Assembly (NCBI GenBank): GCA_033852415.1
Contig: JAWOMQ010000175.1
Location: 2,362-66,361 of the forward strand
DNA length: 64,000 nt
Source of the DNA: Bacteroidota bacterium
GTDB taxonomy: Bacteria; Bacteroidota; Ignavibacteria; UBA10030; SZUA-254
Reading direction: 5' to 3'
The translations under genes were made by a program, and so were the position numbers. Position 1 is the stretch's first letter; each line of letters opens with the position of its first letter. Shown here piece after piece: positions 56,137-64,000 of this stretch. The notes beneath the pieces are model-generated. The model saw only the letters and a list, made by a program, of their open reading frames with translations, did not search any database and had not been told where the DNA came from.

Positions 56137-56814
56137 TCAATAGTGGCTGATGCGGTCCCGGAGGTATTTATTTAGAAGTTCCCGGGCCCTGAAAATGTGT
56201 GCTTTGACGGTGCCAATGGGAAGTTTGAGGATTTTCGCGATTTCGGCGTAATCCCGCTCCTCGGTGTGTCGCATGATAATAACCCGCCTGTATTTTTCGG
56301 GTAGGCGCTGTACCGCTTCTTCGATCAACGTGCTCCGCTGTTTTTGTATGATGGTTTTGTCCGGCTGGTACGTTGTATCCGGGAGTTCGAACCGGTACTC
56401 ATTTTCTTCGGCGGCGATGGGGCGATCGATGGAAAAAGTGTCGAGTTTGCGCTTCCGGATATAATCGATGCTGCTGTTCGTCGCTATTTTGTAAAGCCAG
56501 GTCGAGAACGCGTACTCGTCATTGAAACTCTTGAGTGACGCGAAGGCCTTCACAAATACTTCCTGCGTGAGATCGAGTACCTGGTCCTTGTCGTGAATGA
56601 TGCGATAGATGAGATTGTAGATGGAGTCATGATACTTCTTCATCAGCTGCTTATAAGCGAATTGATCTCCGTTCAGTGCATCACTGATGAGGCGGGAATC
56701 TTCTTTGCGGGAATCTGTTTTACCTTCGGTTTGTGAGGGTCGCTGACGGCGGGGGGCTTGGGAGCGATTTTTCGCGCGCTCTGACCGCTCCTTCTTTGAT
56801 TTGTTCTGCCGCAT
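56137..56814 (-). CDS. ECF-type RNA polymerase sigma-70 factor with about 45-aa basic N-terminal extension
   Basis: Sigma-2 region YKQLMKKYHDSIYNLIYRII...LTQEVFVKAF...FSTWLYKIATN. Sigma-4 YAEIAKILKLPIGTVKAHIFRAR. The N-terminus MRQNKSKKERSERAKNRSQAPRRQRP is unusual. Confidence 0.8.
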   Translation of the reverse strand: MRQNKSKKERSERAKNRSQAPRRQRPSQTEGKTDSRKEDSRLISDALNGDQFAYKQLMKKYHDSIYNLIYRIIHDKDQVLDLTQEVFVKAFASLKSFNDEYAFSTWLYKIATNSSIDYIRKRKLDTFSIDRPIAAEENEYRFELPDTTYQPDKTIIQKQRSTLIEEAVQRLPEKYRRVIIMRHTEERDYAEIAKILKLPIGTVKAHIFRARELLNKYLRDRISHY

Positions 56815-57021
56815 TTTCGAATAAAGTTAAGGAAATTTTGAGCGAGAGGCAAGCATCCGGGGCTATCAGAGTGCAGCCCTCGAGCATGTCTGCATTCAAA
56901 TCCATCATCCATTCGGGAGATCAGGAAAAATCCTGGCACTGGACAGTTGACTGTGTTCGTGCGCTTCGACCCAAGTTGTATAATTATTGAAATTTGGTTA
57001 TGTTATACAAAGTAGACAATC

Positions 57022-57645
57022 ATGATTCCGATGTTCATCACCTTCGAAGGTATCGACTACTCAGGTAAGTCCACCCAGGCCAAACTTCTTGTAGAACGAT
57101 TGAAACGTGAGGAAGATCAGGTGATCTTTCTGCGTGAGCCGGGAGGAACAGCTGTCTCGGAGAAGATCCGTTCGATCCTCCTCGATAAGGCACACCTCGA
57201 CATGACGCAACTGGCGGAACTGTTTCTCTTTTCCGCTGCCAGGGCGCAACTCGTAGAAGAAATTATCCGGCCGAATCTCGCAACGGGAAAAGTGATTGTG
57301 TGTGACCGGTTTTACGATTCGACGACTGCGTACCAGGGTTATGGCCGGGGATTGAAGCTCGAGAATGTCCGTTTTGTGAACCGCCTGGCGACATCCGGAC
57401 TGGCGCCGGATCTTACATTCATTATGGAAATTCCGGTAGAGGAAATCATCCGCCGTCAGTCGGCTTCCGGAGATTCACCTGACCGCATGGAATCGGCAGG
57501 CACGCGGTTCTATCGGCAGGTTGCCGATGGATATCACGCCCTTGCAGAGGAGGAACCTCAACGGTGCGTTCTCCTCGACGGATTACTCCCTGTGGAACAG
57601 ATTCATGAAAAAATATGGACCATTATTCAACAACGACGTGATTAG
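57022..57645 (+). CDS. tmk: thymidylate kinase
   Basis: MFITFEGIDYSGKSTQ P-loop and the DRF motif. Confidence 0.9.
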   Translation: MIPMFITFEGIDYSGKSTQAKLLVERLKREEDQVIFLREPGGTAVSEKIRSILLDKAHLDMTQLAELFLFSAARAQLVEEIIRPNLATGKVIVCDRFYDSTTAYQGYGRGLKLENVRFVNRLATSGLAPDLTFIMEIPVEEIIRRQSASGDSPDRMESAGTRFYRQVADGYHALAEEEPQRCVLLDGLLPVEQIHEKIWTIIQQRRD

Positions 57646-57660
57646 TTTGGAGGATTTATA

Positions 57661-59331
57661 ATGCCGACATACCGATGGAAACGATTGACCCTGATAGGAG
57701 CGATGACAATATTTGTGATTGCGTCCCTTGCGTTTATCAGGTTCGACGATACGGATGCTGACTACTTTCTTAAAATCAATAAGAGCATCGACATTTTCGG
57801 ACGCGTCTATCGCGAAGTGACGATGAACTATGTCGATCAGGTTGACCCGGGCAAATTTATGGAGGCCGGGATTGACGGGCTCCTGGGCACCCTTGACCCG
57901 TATACAAATTTTATCAACGAAACCGAGGGGGATGAAGTTGAACTTATCACCTCTGGGAAATACGGCGGCATTGGCGTGACGATTGGATTACGCGACGGAA
58001 AGATTACCGTTCTGACAGTCATGGAAGGATACTCCGCTCAACGGCAAGGCATCCAGCCGGGTGACCGTATTCTCGCTGTGGAGGGAAAACAAATCGATGG
58101 GATGAGACCCGACAATGTCCGGGCTTTGACCCGCGGCGAGCCGGGTACTGAGATCCATCTTACCGTCGAGCGCGATGGCGAACCCAAACCACTTGAGTTT
58201 GTCCTCGTCCGGGAAGAGATACAACTTCACAATGTGAGTTACTCCGGCTTTGTCAGTGATGGGGTAGCATATGCCAAAATTGATCGGTTCTCGCGGGGAG
58301 CGGGTGATGAACTCCGGTTGGCCATCAAGGAGATGAAAATCAAAGGTGACATAAAAGCGTTTGTCCTTGACCTGAGAGACAATCCGGGCGGTCTGCTCGA
58401 TGAAGCGGTCGATGTCGTGGAAAAGTTTGTCCCAAAGGGAAGTTTAGTCGTAAGCACCCGCGGTCGGAGAGACGACAGTGAACGGAAGTACTTTGCGAAT
58501 GAAGAACCTCTCTTACCGGATGTTCCCCTCATCGTCCTTGTGAACCGGAACAGCGCGAGTGCGAGCGAAATCGTGGCAGGGGCCATCCAGGATCTCGACC
58601 GGGGTGTTATTCTGGGCACCCGGACGTTTGGCAAGGGTCTGGTACAAACCATCAGTCCGCTCCCATACAACACCGAGCTCAAAATGACAACGGCGAAGTA
58701 TTACACGCCAAGCGGGCGTTGCATTCAGGAGATTGACTATGAACACAAGAACGTCAGCGGTGTCTTTGCCATTACTCCCGACAGCTTGCGGCATTCATTC
58801 AAAACATTGAAAGGGAGAAAAGTCTTCGAGCTTGGTGGAATTCATCCCGATACACAGGTGACCGAACTGGACCACAGTTCGATCTACAACGCCCTTCTGC
58901 GCCGATCGATGTTCCTCCGCTTTGCTGTTCACCTGGCTGCCAAGGACAAGACGACCATGCCTGTTTTGGGTGACGACAGTTTGCTGCAGCAGTTTCGGAC
59001 GTTCCTTGACGAACAGCACTTTACGTATCAAAACGAGTATGAATCAAAGCTGGGCGAGCTTCGTGATGTCATTGTGAAGTCGAAGAGCGGCGAAGATGTC
59101 GTCCAGGAACTCGATAAGGTTGAAAAGATGCTCCAGGTATCAAAAGCGAATGATCTGGAGAGGAACGCGCGGGACATCATTGACGCACTAAGGATTGAGA
59201 TTGCGGGAAGGTACCACGGAGATCAGGGGAGGATTCAGGCTTCCTTCGCGGATGATGTTCAGCTCAACGCGGCAAAGGGTTTGGTCGGGAACGTCAAGGA
59301 TTACTCGCACGTTCTGACGGCCAATGAGTAG
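57661..59331 (+). CDS. S41 family C-terminal processing peptidase with PDZ domain
   Basis: SD GGAGG. NRNSASASEIVAGAIQD (Ser nucleophile) and GTRTFGKGLVQ (Lys). PDZ segment upstream. Confidence 0.85.
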   Translation: MPTYRWKRLTLIGAMTIFVIASLAFIRFDDTDADYFLKINKSIDIFGRVYREVTMNYVDQVDPGKFMEAGIDGLLGTLDPYTNFINETEGDEVELITSGKYGGIGVTIGLRDGKITVLTVMEGYSAQRQGIQPGDRILAVEGKQIDGMRPDNVRALTRGEPGTEIHLTVERDGEPKPLEFVLVREEIQLHNVSYSGFVSDGVAYAKIDRFSRGAGDELRLAIKEMKIKGDIKAFVLDLRDNPGGLLDEAVDVVEKFVPKGSLVVSTRGRRDDSERKYFANEEPLLPDVPLIVLVNRNSASASEIVAGAIQDLDRGVILGTRTFGKGLVQTISPLPYNTELKMTTAKYYTPSGRCIQEIDYEHKNVSGVFAITPDSLRHSFKTLKGRKVFELGGIHPDTQVTELDHSSIYNALLRRSMFLRFAVHLAAKDKTTMPVLGDDSLLQQFRTFLDEQHFTYQNEYESKLGELRDVIVKSKSGEDVVQELDKVEKMLQVSKANDLERNARDIIDALRIEIAGRYHGDQGRIQASFADDVQLNAAKGLVGNVKDYSHVLTANE

Positions 59332-59351
59332 GGAAGTGCCCGGGACCGGCG

Positions 59352-60026
59352 TCAGCCGGCGACATTTACGCCGCGGGTGGATTCATCGGAAGCCGCGAGA
59401 TACCCAATATCCATGAGTTTTGCCTGGATCAGCAGCAGCATCCGGTTGAAATCGCCCCGTTCGTGGACGAAATCAACTTCATCGGATGGAATGATCAAGA
59501 GAGGACCGAGGGTATAGCGTGCGATCCATTCCTTGTAATGATCGCGCAGCTGTTCGAGGTATGAGCGTGGGATGCTTTGTTCGAAATCTCTTCCCCTCCT
59601 CGAGATCTGTGTGAGCAATGTCTCGATGCGTGCATCGAGATAAATGAGAAGGTCCGGAGGTCGGAGGTACAACATCATCACTTTGTACAGTTCCACATAA
59701 TTCCGGTAATCCCTGTCATCCATTTTTCCGATCATGTTCAGGTTTTTTGCGAAGATCTCTGCATCTTCATAGATCGATCTGTCCTGGATGACACTTTCAG
59801 TGCCCTCAACGATTTTTTTGTGATCATTAAACCTTTTTGAGAGAAAATACACCTGAAGGTTAAACGACCACCGGTTCATGTCACCATAAAAATCGGAGAG
59901 GTAAGGGTTATCCCCCACAGATTCGAAAAATGATTTCCATCCATAGTGTTGGCTGAGGAGGCGTGTCAGGGATGATTTACCGGAGCCAATATTACCGGCG
60001 ACGGCAACAAATATTTTTTTCGGCAT
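59352..60026 (-). CDS. deoxynucleoside kinase (dAdo/dCyd/dGuo kinase family)
   Basis: Start at MPKKIFVAVAGNIGSGKSSL (P-loop). DRSIYED and ...RGR lid motifs. Confidence 0.8.
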   Translation of the reverse strand: MPKKIFVAVAGNIGSGKSSLTRLLSQHYGWKSFFESVGDNPYLSDFYGDMNRWSFNLQVYFLSKRFNDHKKIVEGTESVIQDRSIYEDAEIFAKNLNMIGKMDDRDYRNYVELYKVMMLYLRPPDLLIYLDARIETLLTQISRRGRDFEQSIPRSYLEQLRDHYKEWIARYTLGPLLIIPSDEVDFVHERGDFNRMLLLIQAKLMDIGYLAASDESTRGVNVAG

Positions 60027-60079
60027 GGCGAGCATAATATAGAAGAGTCCTCTGTGAATCGCAATCCAAAACGCCGGTC

Positions 60080-60110
60080 TGTATTTCGAAGAGCGCGCTT
60101 GTAGCGCGCG
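60080..60110 (-). terminator. terminator-like hairpin downstream (minus strand) of the 60117..62093 gene
   Basis: On the minus strand: GCGCGC-tacaa-GCGCGC followed by UCUUCGAAAUA. Confidence 0.35.
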
Positions 60111-60116
60111 AATTTC

Positions 60117-62093
60117 CTACCACGTTCTATGCCGGCTTTTCAGGTAGTCCCGGGCACTATTATTCCCCAGTTTCGCTGAGCGGAGGATAAGCTCTTCTCC
60201 CTCCTTTTTGTTCCCCTGGTCAAGGAAAATCATACCGAGGTTATAGCAGGCATCGGAATAATTTGAATCGGCTGCAATGGCTTTCTGGAACAGAGGGACG
60301 GCTGCACCGTAATCGTTGCGCATTGCAAAGACGCTCCCAAGATTGTTCAGGGCATGCGATTGTGTCGAGTCAAGTGCAATCGCTTTTCTGTAAAAAATAA
60401 TTGATCGCGCAGTATCCCCTTCGTCAAGAACTGCATTCCCTTCTGTCGTACAAAGTGAAGCATACCCGCCTCGGAGGACGGCATTCCCGGGATCGAGTCT
60501 AAGCCATGCAAGGTAAACCGAGTCGCGCCGCCCGTATTGTTCGGGGGCGGTCGCAGCAAGCGCTTCAATTTCGTTTTCATATCCACGGGGATCCTCGGGA
60601 AAAATCTCGGTGTAACGGCGCCACACATCCGCGTTGTTCGCCGATTCACCCTCTGCATCGTAATAACGTGTTAACCGGAGCATATGAGTGTATTGACCCA
60701 TGTGGGAAAGAATTCGCTTGTCCCACAAAGATTGAAATCTCCGGATGCTGGGTTCGCGCGTCGCATTGAGAACAAACCAGGGAGAGGAGACGATCAGGGT
60801 CATTACTGCGATGAGAAGGAAGACAAGCATGCCGCTGGTCTTTGGGCGGTTGAAAAACACGAGAGCGAACAGGAGGTTGAAGATAAAGAAATGCCCTGCG
60901 AAAACGTCCCAGTCGCTTGCAAATCCCTGCTCTATTTTAGCAAGGAGCAGGAAAAGTAAAATGGGGACCCACGCGATGACAAGCCACAAACCGGTTGTCC
61001 CCAGATCGGCAAACGCAATTTCCCGGTTAAAGAGCCACCACACAAAGAAACAGAAAGCAAATGGGGCAATAAAGATAAAGTAGTTCAACAGCTCCAGTCC
61101 ATGGAAAAAGGAAAGGAGGGTGTACGGCTGAGAATACTGATTGATCGGAGAGATGTCCGACGTAAGAGAAAGGTAATGGCTCATCGGGCTTATGTCAATC
61201 AACCGGGACGGATCAAAGTGTGCAAGGATTAGGACGACAGCGCACACGAGAAGAGCTGCGCCGCTTCCAGCCAGCAGTTCATTGAATTTGCGCTCTTTAA
61301 ACTTCAGAACCATGATGTACAACAACGACAATCCGAGAAGTCCATTAATATAATGGCTTAGCGTTGTGAGAACATAAAGAGACGGCAGCATCCAGAACAA
61401 CTTCTTCTCCCGCAGCACGAGGATCGAAGTAAGAACATACAGTGCAATCAACACCGTCGATACACAATAGATTTCAATATAGCCGAGGAAAAATTCCATG
61501 TACGGTATAAACAGAAGGAAGAGGAAAACTGACAATCGTTGTGCAGGATCAGTAAAGAGAGCCCTGACCGTCATAAATGTGATGACAATAAACGCACAAC
61601 CCAGGATAATCTCGGCGATGGAAAATGAAACGTAAAGCTGTGGGATCTGGAATGGACCGAGCCAGTGGACAGCGTAGTAGAGGAGATAGATCGAGAGAGG
61701 TTCATGCCACGGAGCCAGGATCGACGTTCTATTCTGATAATCAAAAAAATTATAGATCAGCGTGTAACTATCGCCGAGAAGCGAGGCTTTTACGCGAAGA
61801 AATATTGCGCCACCTATAAACAAAACCAGTATTGCTGCGAGAACCAGCGAGGGTCGGCTATCTGCCCATCGGGAAAGCCCCTCGAAATATTGAACCATGC
61901 GTGGTCTCGGTATGAGAATCATCGCTCCCATCGATAGCAGAATGAATACCCCCATGGCGGGCCAGGGAAGAAACCCTAAGAATGCAGTTGCCCAATTCAA
62001 ACCGGCAGGATAAAAGTATCCTCCGATCGAGAGGATGACAAGAAGGATTGACACGGTTAGTGCAAACCTTAATTCGCGAGCAGGGGGTTTCAT
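60117..62093 (-). CDS. polytopic membrane protein with C-terminal TPR repeats (GT-C/TMTC-like architecture)
   Basis: At least 11 predicted TM helices in the N-terminal 430 aa. C-terminal TPRs (ALNNLGSVFAMRNDYGAAVPLFQKAIAADSNYSDACYNLGMIF). Paralogous to the next gene. Confidence 0.65.
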   Translation of the reverse strand: MKPPARELRFALTVSILLVILSIGGYFYPAGLNWATAFLGFLPWPAMGVFILLSMGAMILIPRPRMVQYFEGLSRWADSRPSLVLAAILVLFIGGAIFLRVKASLLGDSYTLIYNFFDYQNRTSILAPWHEPLSIYLLYYAVHWLGPFQIPQLYVSFSIAEIILGCAFIVITFMTVRALFTDPAQRLSVFLFLLFIPYMEFFLGYIEIYCVSTVLIALYVLTSILVLREKKLFWMLPSLYVLTTLSHYINGLLGLSLLYIMVLKFKERKFNELLAGSGAALLVCAVVLILAHFDPSRLIDISPMSHYLSLTSDISPINQYSQPYTLLSFFHGLELLNYFIFIAPFAFCFFVWWLFNREIAFADLGTTGLWLVIAWVPILLFLLLAKIEQGFASDWDVFAGHFFIFNLLFALVFFNRPKTSGMLVFLLIAVMTLIVSSPWFVLNATREPSIRRFQSLWDKRILSHMGQYTHMLRLTRYYDAEGESANNADVWRRYTEIFPEDPRGYENEIEALAATAPEQYGRRDSVYLAWLRLDPGNAVLRGGYASLCTTEGNAVLDEGDTARSIIFYRKAIALDSTQSHALNNLGSVFAMRNDYGAAVPLFQKAIAADSNYSDACYNLGMIFLDQGNKKEGEELILRSAKLGNNSARDYLKSRHRTW

Positions 62094-62170
62094 GGCAGTC
62101 TTGGCTGAAACGTTACCAATATATAAAAAAACAGACTAATCTCGCTGTCCTGACCTGGCAAACGGATCCT

Positions 62171-64000
62171 TCATGGAGAACCTCGTTTTCTGGGGCGACC
62201 AGCCGCGCGCTCGAGCGAATCGAGTAAAGCGACAGCATCACTTATGTGGAGAGCAGCAGCCTGCCGGAGGTAGGGGACTGCTTCCTTGGTGTTACCCTGG
62301 TCGAGGAGAAGGCTCCCGAGATTATACAAAGCGTCGCCGTATTGTGGGTTCTGATGAAGTGCACGGGAGAAGTAATCCCTCGCCGCGACGGAATTCCCCT
62401 GTTGGGCGTAGACGCTGCCCAGATTGTTGAGGGCGGTTGCATATGATGTGTCGATGCGGAGCGCTTCCTCAAAGAACCGGGATGCTCTGGTGAGGTCTCC
62501 GTTCTGAAAGGATGAGTTGCCCCGGTCCACGAAGTGATTTCTGCAGATTTTGCGGATAAGAGTATCGGTCGGCGCTGCCCGAAGCCAGTCTGCAAATACG
62601 TTGTCAACGGCGCTGTCGTCTGCAGCGGGTAGTTTCTGATAGTTGTATATAAGATTTTCGTATGATCGCAGATCCGACGGATACACTTTCCGGTAATGGA
62701 GCCACACGTCAAGCGCCTTTTGATCCTCGCCCGTCTGATGATAGTATTGTGCGAGGTTGAGCGATGCGGTGTAGTATGCACCGTGCGATAGAGTACGCTG
62801 GTCGAAAACAACTGAAATCCGCCGGAGCATTGACTGAGCCCCCGCATTAACCAGCCAATAGGAACATGAATGGATTATGAGAAGAACGACCACAAAGGCG
62901 CTTACCCGTATGGTGCGGTCATCTGCATTCTCGAACGTATGAAGCACAAGAAAGAAAGGGAGAAAATAAAAATATGGTGCAAACATATCCCAGTCACGGA
63001 TTGCGCCAAGGTCAAATTTGATGAGCGCAAGAAGGCACACCACGGGGAGGAATGCGATCACAAAAAACAATCTCTTTTTCTCCCATAGGAATTCTCGCCA
63101 TCGATGGCTAAGCCGGAGCAGAAACAGAGTAAACAAAAAAGGGGTCCCCATAAGAATGAGATAATTTGCAAGATCGAAGATGTGATAGGGAGATAACATC
63201 GTATATGCCTCGGTATCAGCGTCTGCTGCGGTTTGAGCTGGTGTGAGTGATAAGTAATGATGATGCGGAACCGAGGTTGTATAGGGATCGATATCGAAAT
63301 TGATCAGAAAAAGGATGAATAGAAAAATCCCACCGCCAAGTCCGAAACCCAGCACCACGTCCTTCCATCCGCGTGATCGTAGTTCATTGTAAGCGAGGTA
63401 CACAAGCGAAGGAAAAAGGAACGCAGTACTGTAATGGCTGAGGAACAGCAAGAGATAACAGGGCGGAAGAATCCAGAACGGGATTCTTTCCCTGAGGTTT
63501 AGGACTGCAACGTAAACATACAATGATATACAAAATAATTGAACACTATAGGTCTCGATGTAGCCGAAAAAAAGCTGGACATACGGGAGACCCAAAATGG
63601 TCAGAGTCCCAAGCAGTTGAGCTTTTGGTTCAGTTGTCAGAAGGCGAATAGTCATTACTGTGAAAATGAAAAAGCCCGCTTCGAGGAATAGTTCCCCCAA
63701 AAGATATCCTAGAAGAAACCCATGAAATGTCGTCGGCGGACCAAAAAGCCGGAACACGACCCAGAAGAAGCCAGTTGAGAGAGGCTCATCCCGGAAATAG
63801 ACCGGCGCCTGACCGCGAAAGGCATCAGAAAAATTCTTAACAAGAAAAAATCCATCTCCCAGCAAGGGGGCACGGACTCTGAGGAGGACCGAAAGTGCGA
63901 TTAACGTCAAGAACAGAGTGATTGTCGATGACCTCTGGTGATGGGAGAGTATGTCGAGCACCTTTCTGAAACGGTTGCCCCCGTCTTTCCAGAGGGCGAA
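62171..64000 (-). CDS. paralogous polytopic membrane + TPR protein; 5' end probably beyond the window
   Basis: Aligns along its length with the 60117..62093 product (YVQLFFGYIETYSVQ vs YMEFFLGYIEIYCVS; ALNNLGSVYAQQGN vs ALNNLGSVFAMRND). The reading frame stays open from the GTG at 63961 to the window edge, and the paralog has about 70 extra N-terminal residues. Confidence 0.6.
   Translation of the reverse strand, partial: FALWKDGGNRFRKVLDILSHHQRSSTITLFLTLIALSVLLRVRAPLLGDGFFLVKNFSDAFRGQAPVYFRDEPLSTGFFWVVFRLFGPPTTFHGFLLGYLLGELFLEAGFFIFTVMTIRLLTTEPKAQLLGTLTILGLPYVQLFFGYIETYSVQLFCISLYVYVAVLNLRERIPFWILPPCYLLLFLSHYSTAFLFPSLVYLAYNELRSRGWKDVVLGFGLGGGIFLFILFLINFDIDPYTTSVPHHHYLSLTPAQTAADADTEAYTMLSPYHIFDLANYLILMGTPFLFTLFLLRLSHRWREFLWEKKRLFFVIAFLPVVCLLALIKFDLGAIRDWDMFAPYFYFLPFFLVLHTFENADDRTIRVSAFVVVLLIIHSCSYWLVNAGAQSMLRRISVVFDQRTLSHGAYYTASLNLAQYYHQTGEDQKALDVWLHYRKVYPSDLRSYENLIYNYQKLPAADDSAVDNVFADWLRAAPTDTLIRKICRNHFVDRGNSSFQNGDLTRASRFFEEALRIDTSYATALNNLGSVYAQQGNSVAARDYFSRALHQNPQYGDALYNLGSLLLDQGNTKEAVPYLRQAAALHISDAVALLDSLERAAGRPRKRGSP

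Overview
This 64-kb window appears to be chromosomal DNA from a Gram-negative-type bacterium. Many proteins carry signal peptides or lipoprotein boxes, Shine-Dalgarno sites (GGAGG) are clearly used, and at least one Bacteroidota/Chlorobi-style TTG...TAnnTTTG promoter-like motif is present. This is consistent with an Ignavibacteria/Chlorobi/Bacteroidota-group relative, but the phylum is not certain. I count about 60 genes, mostly on the + strand and tightly packed.

Content by region:
- 0.7-6.2 kb: envelope and secreted proteins, a nitrilase, a free-standing I-TevI-like GIY-YIG domain and an M61 peptidase.
- 6.7-9.0 kb: a trio of PilV/PilW/PilX-like pseudopilin-fold genes lacking canonical prepilin motifs.
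- 10.8-13.1 kb: an ECF-type Ni/Co transporter (cbiM fused to a PDGLE domain, cbiQ, cbiO).
- 13.4-15.4 kb: a KimA-type K+ transporter.
- 16.3-22.0 kb: an internally duplicated protein, a SPOR protein, a beta-propeller lipoprotein, and an amidohydrolase overlapping a CitE/HpcH-like gene.
- 22.1-30.1 kb: a molybdenum-cofactor island (moeA, moaD, moaE, moaA, moaC-mogA fusion). Embedded in it is a periplasmic methionine-repair module: a Met-rich tandem-repeat secreted protein (MrpX-like), a Tat-exported MsrP/YedY-type Mo enzyme, a small Ada-type zinc-ribbon lipoprotein and a PF01292-type cytochrome b. A second, cytoplasmic sulfite-oxidase-family protein follows.
- 30.3-50.8 kb: rmuC, tsaC, a standalone cyclase-homology protein, an orphan AddB-like nuclease, pfkA, aat, a response regulator, amidohydrolase, purC, an M16 peptidase pair, rlmN, an M1 peptidase, adk and a GDPD.
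- 50.9-56.8 kb: a TPR-CHAT lipoprotein whose catalytic His/Cys positions appear substituted, flanked by an outer-membrane-protein/lipoprotein pair and an ECF sigma factor with a DUF4097-like membrane protein.
- 57-64 kb: tmk, an S41 peptidase, a deoxynucleoside kinase and two tandem paralogous TPR-containing polytopic membrane proteins.

I found no rRNA, tRNA, CRISPR array, transposase or integrase. All functional calls come from reading the translated ORFs, motifs and gene order. No database search was run.
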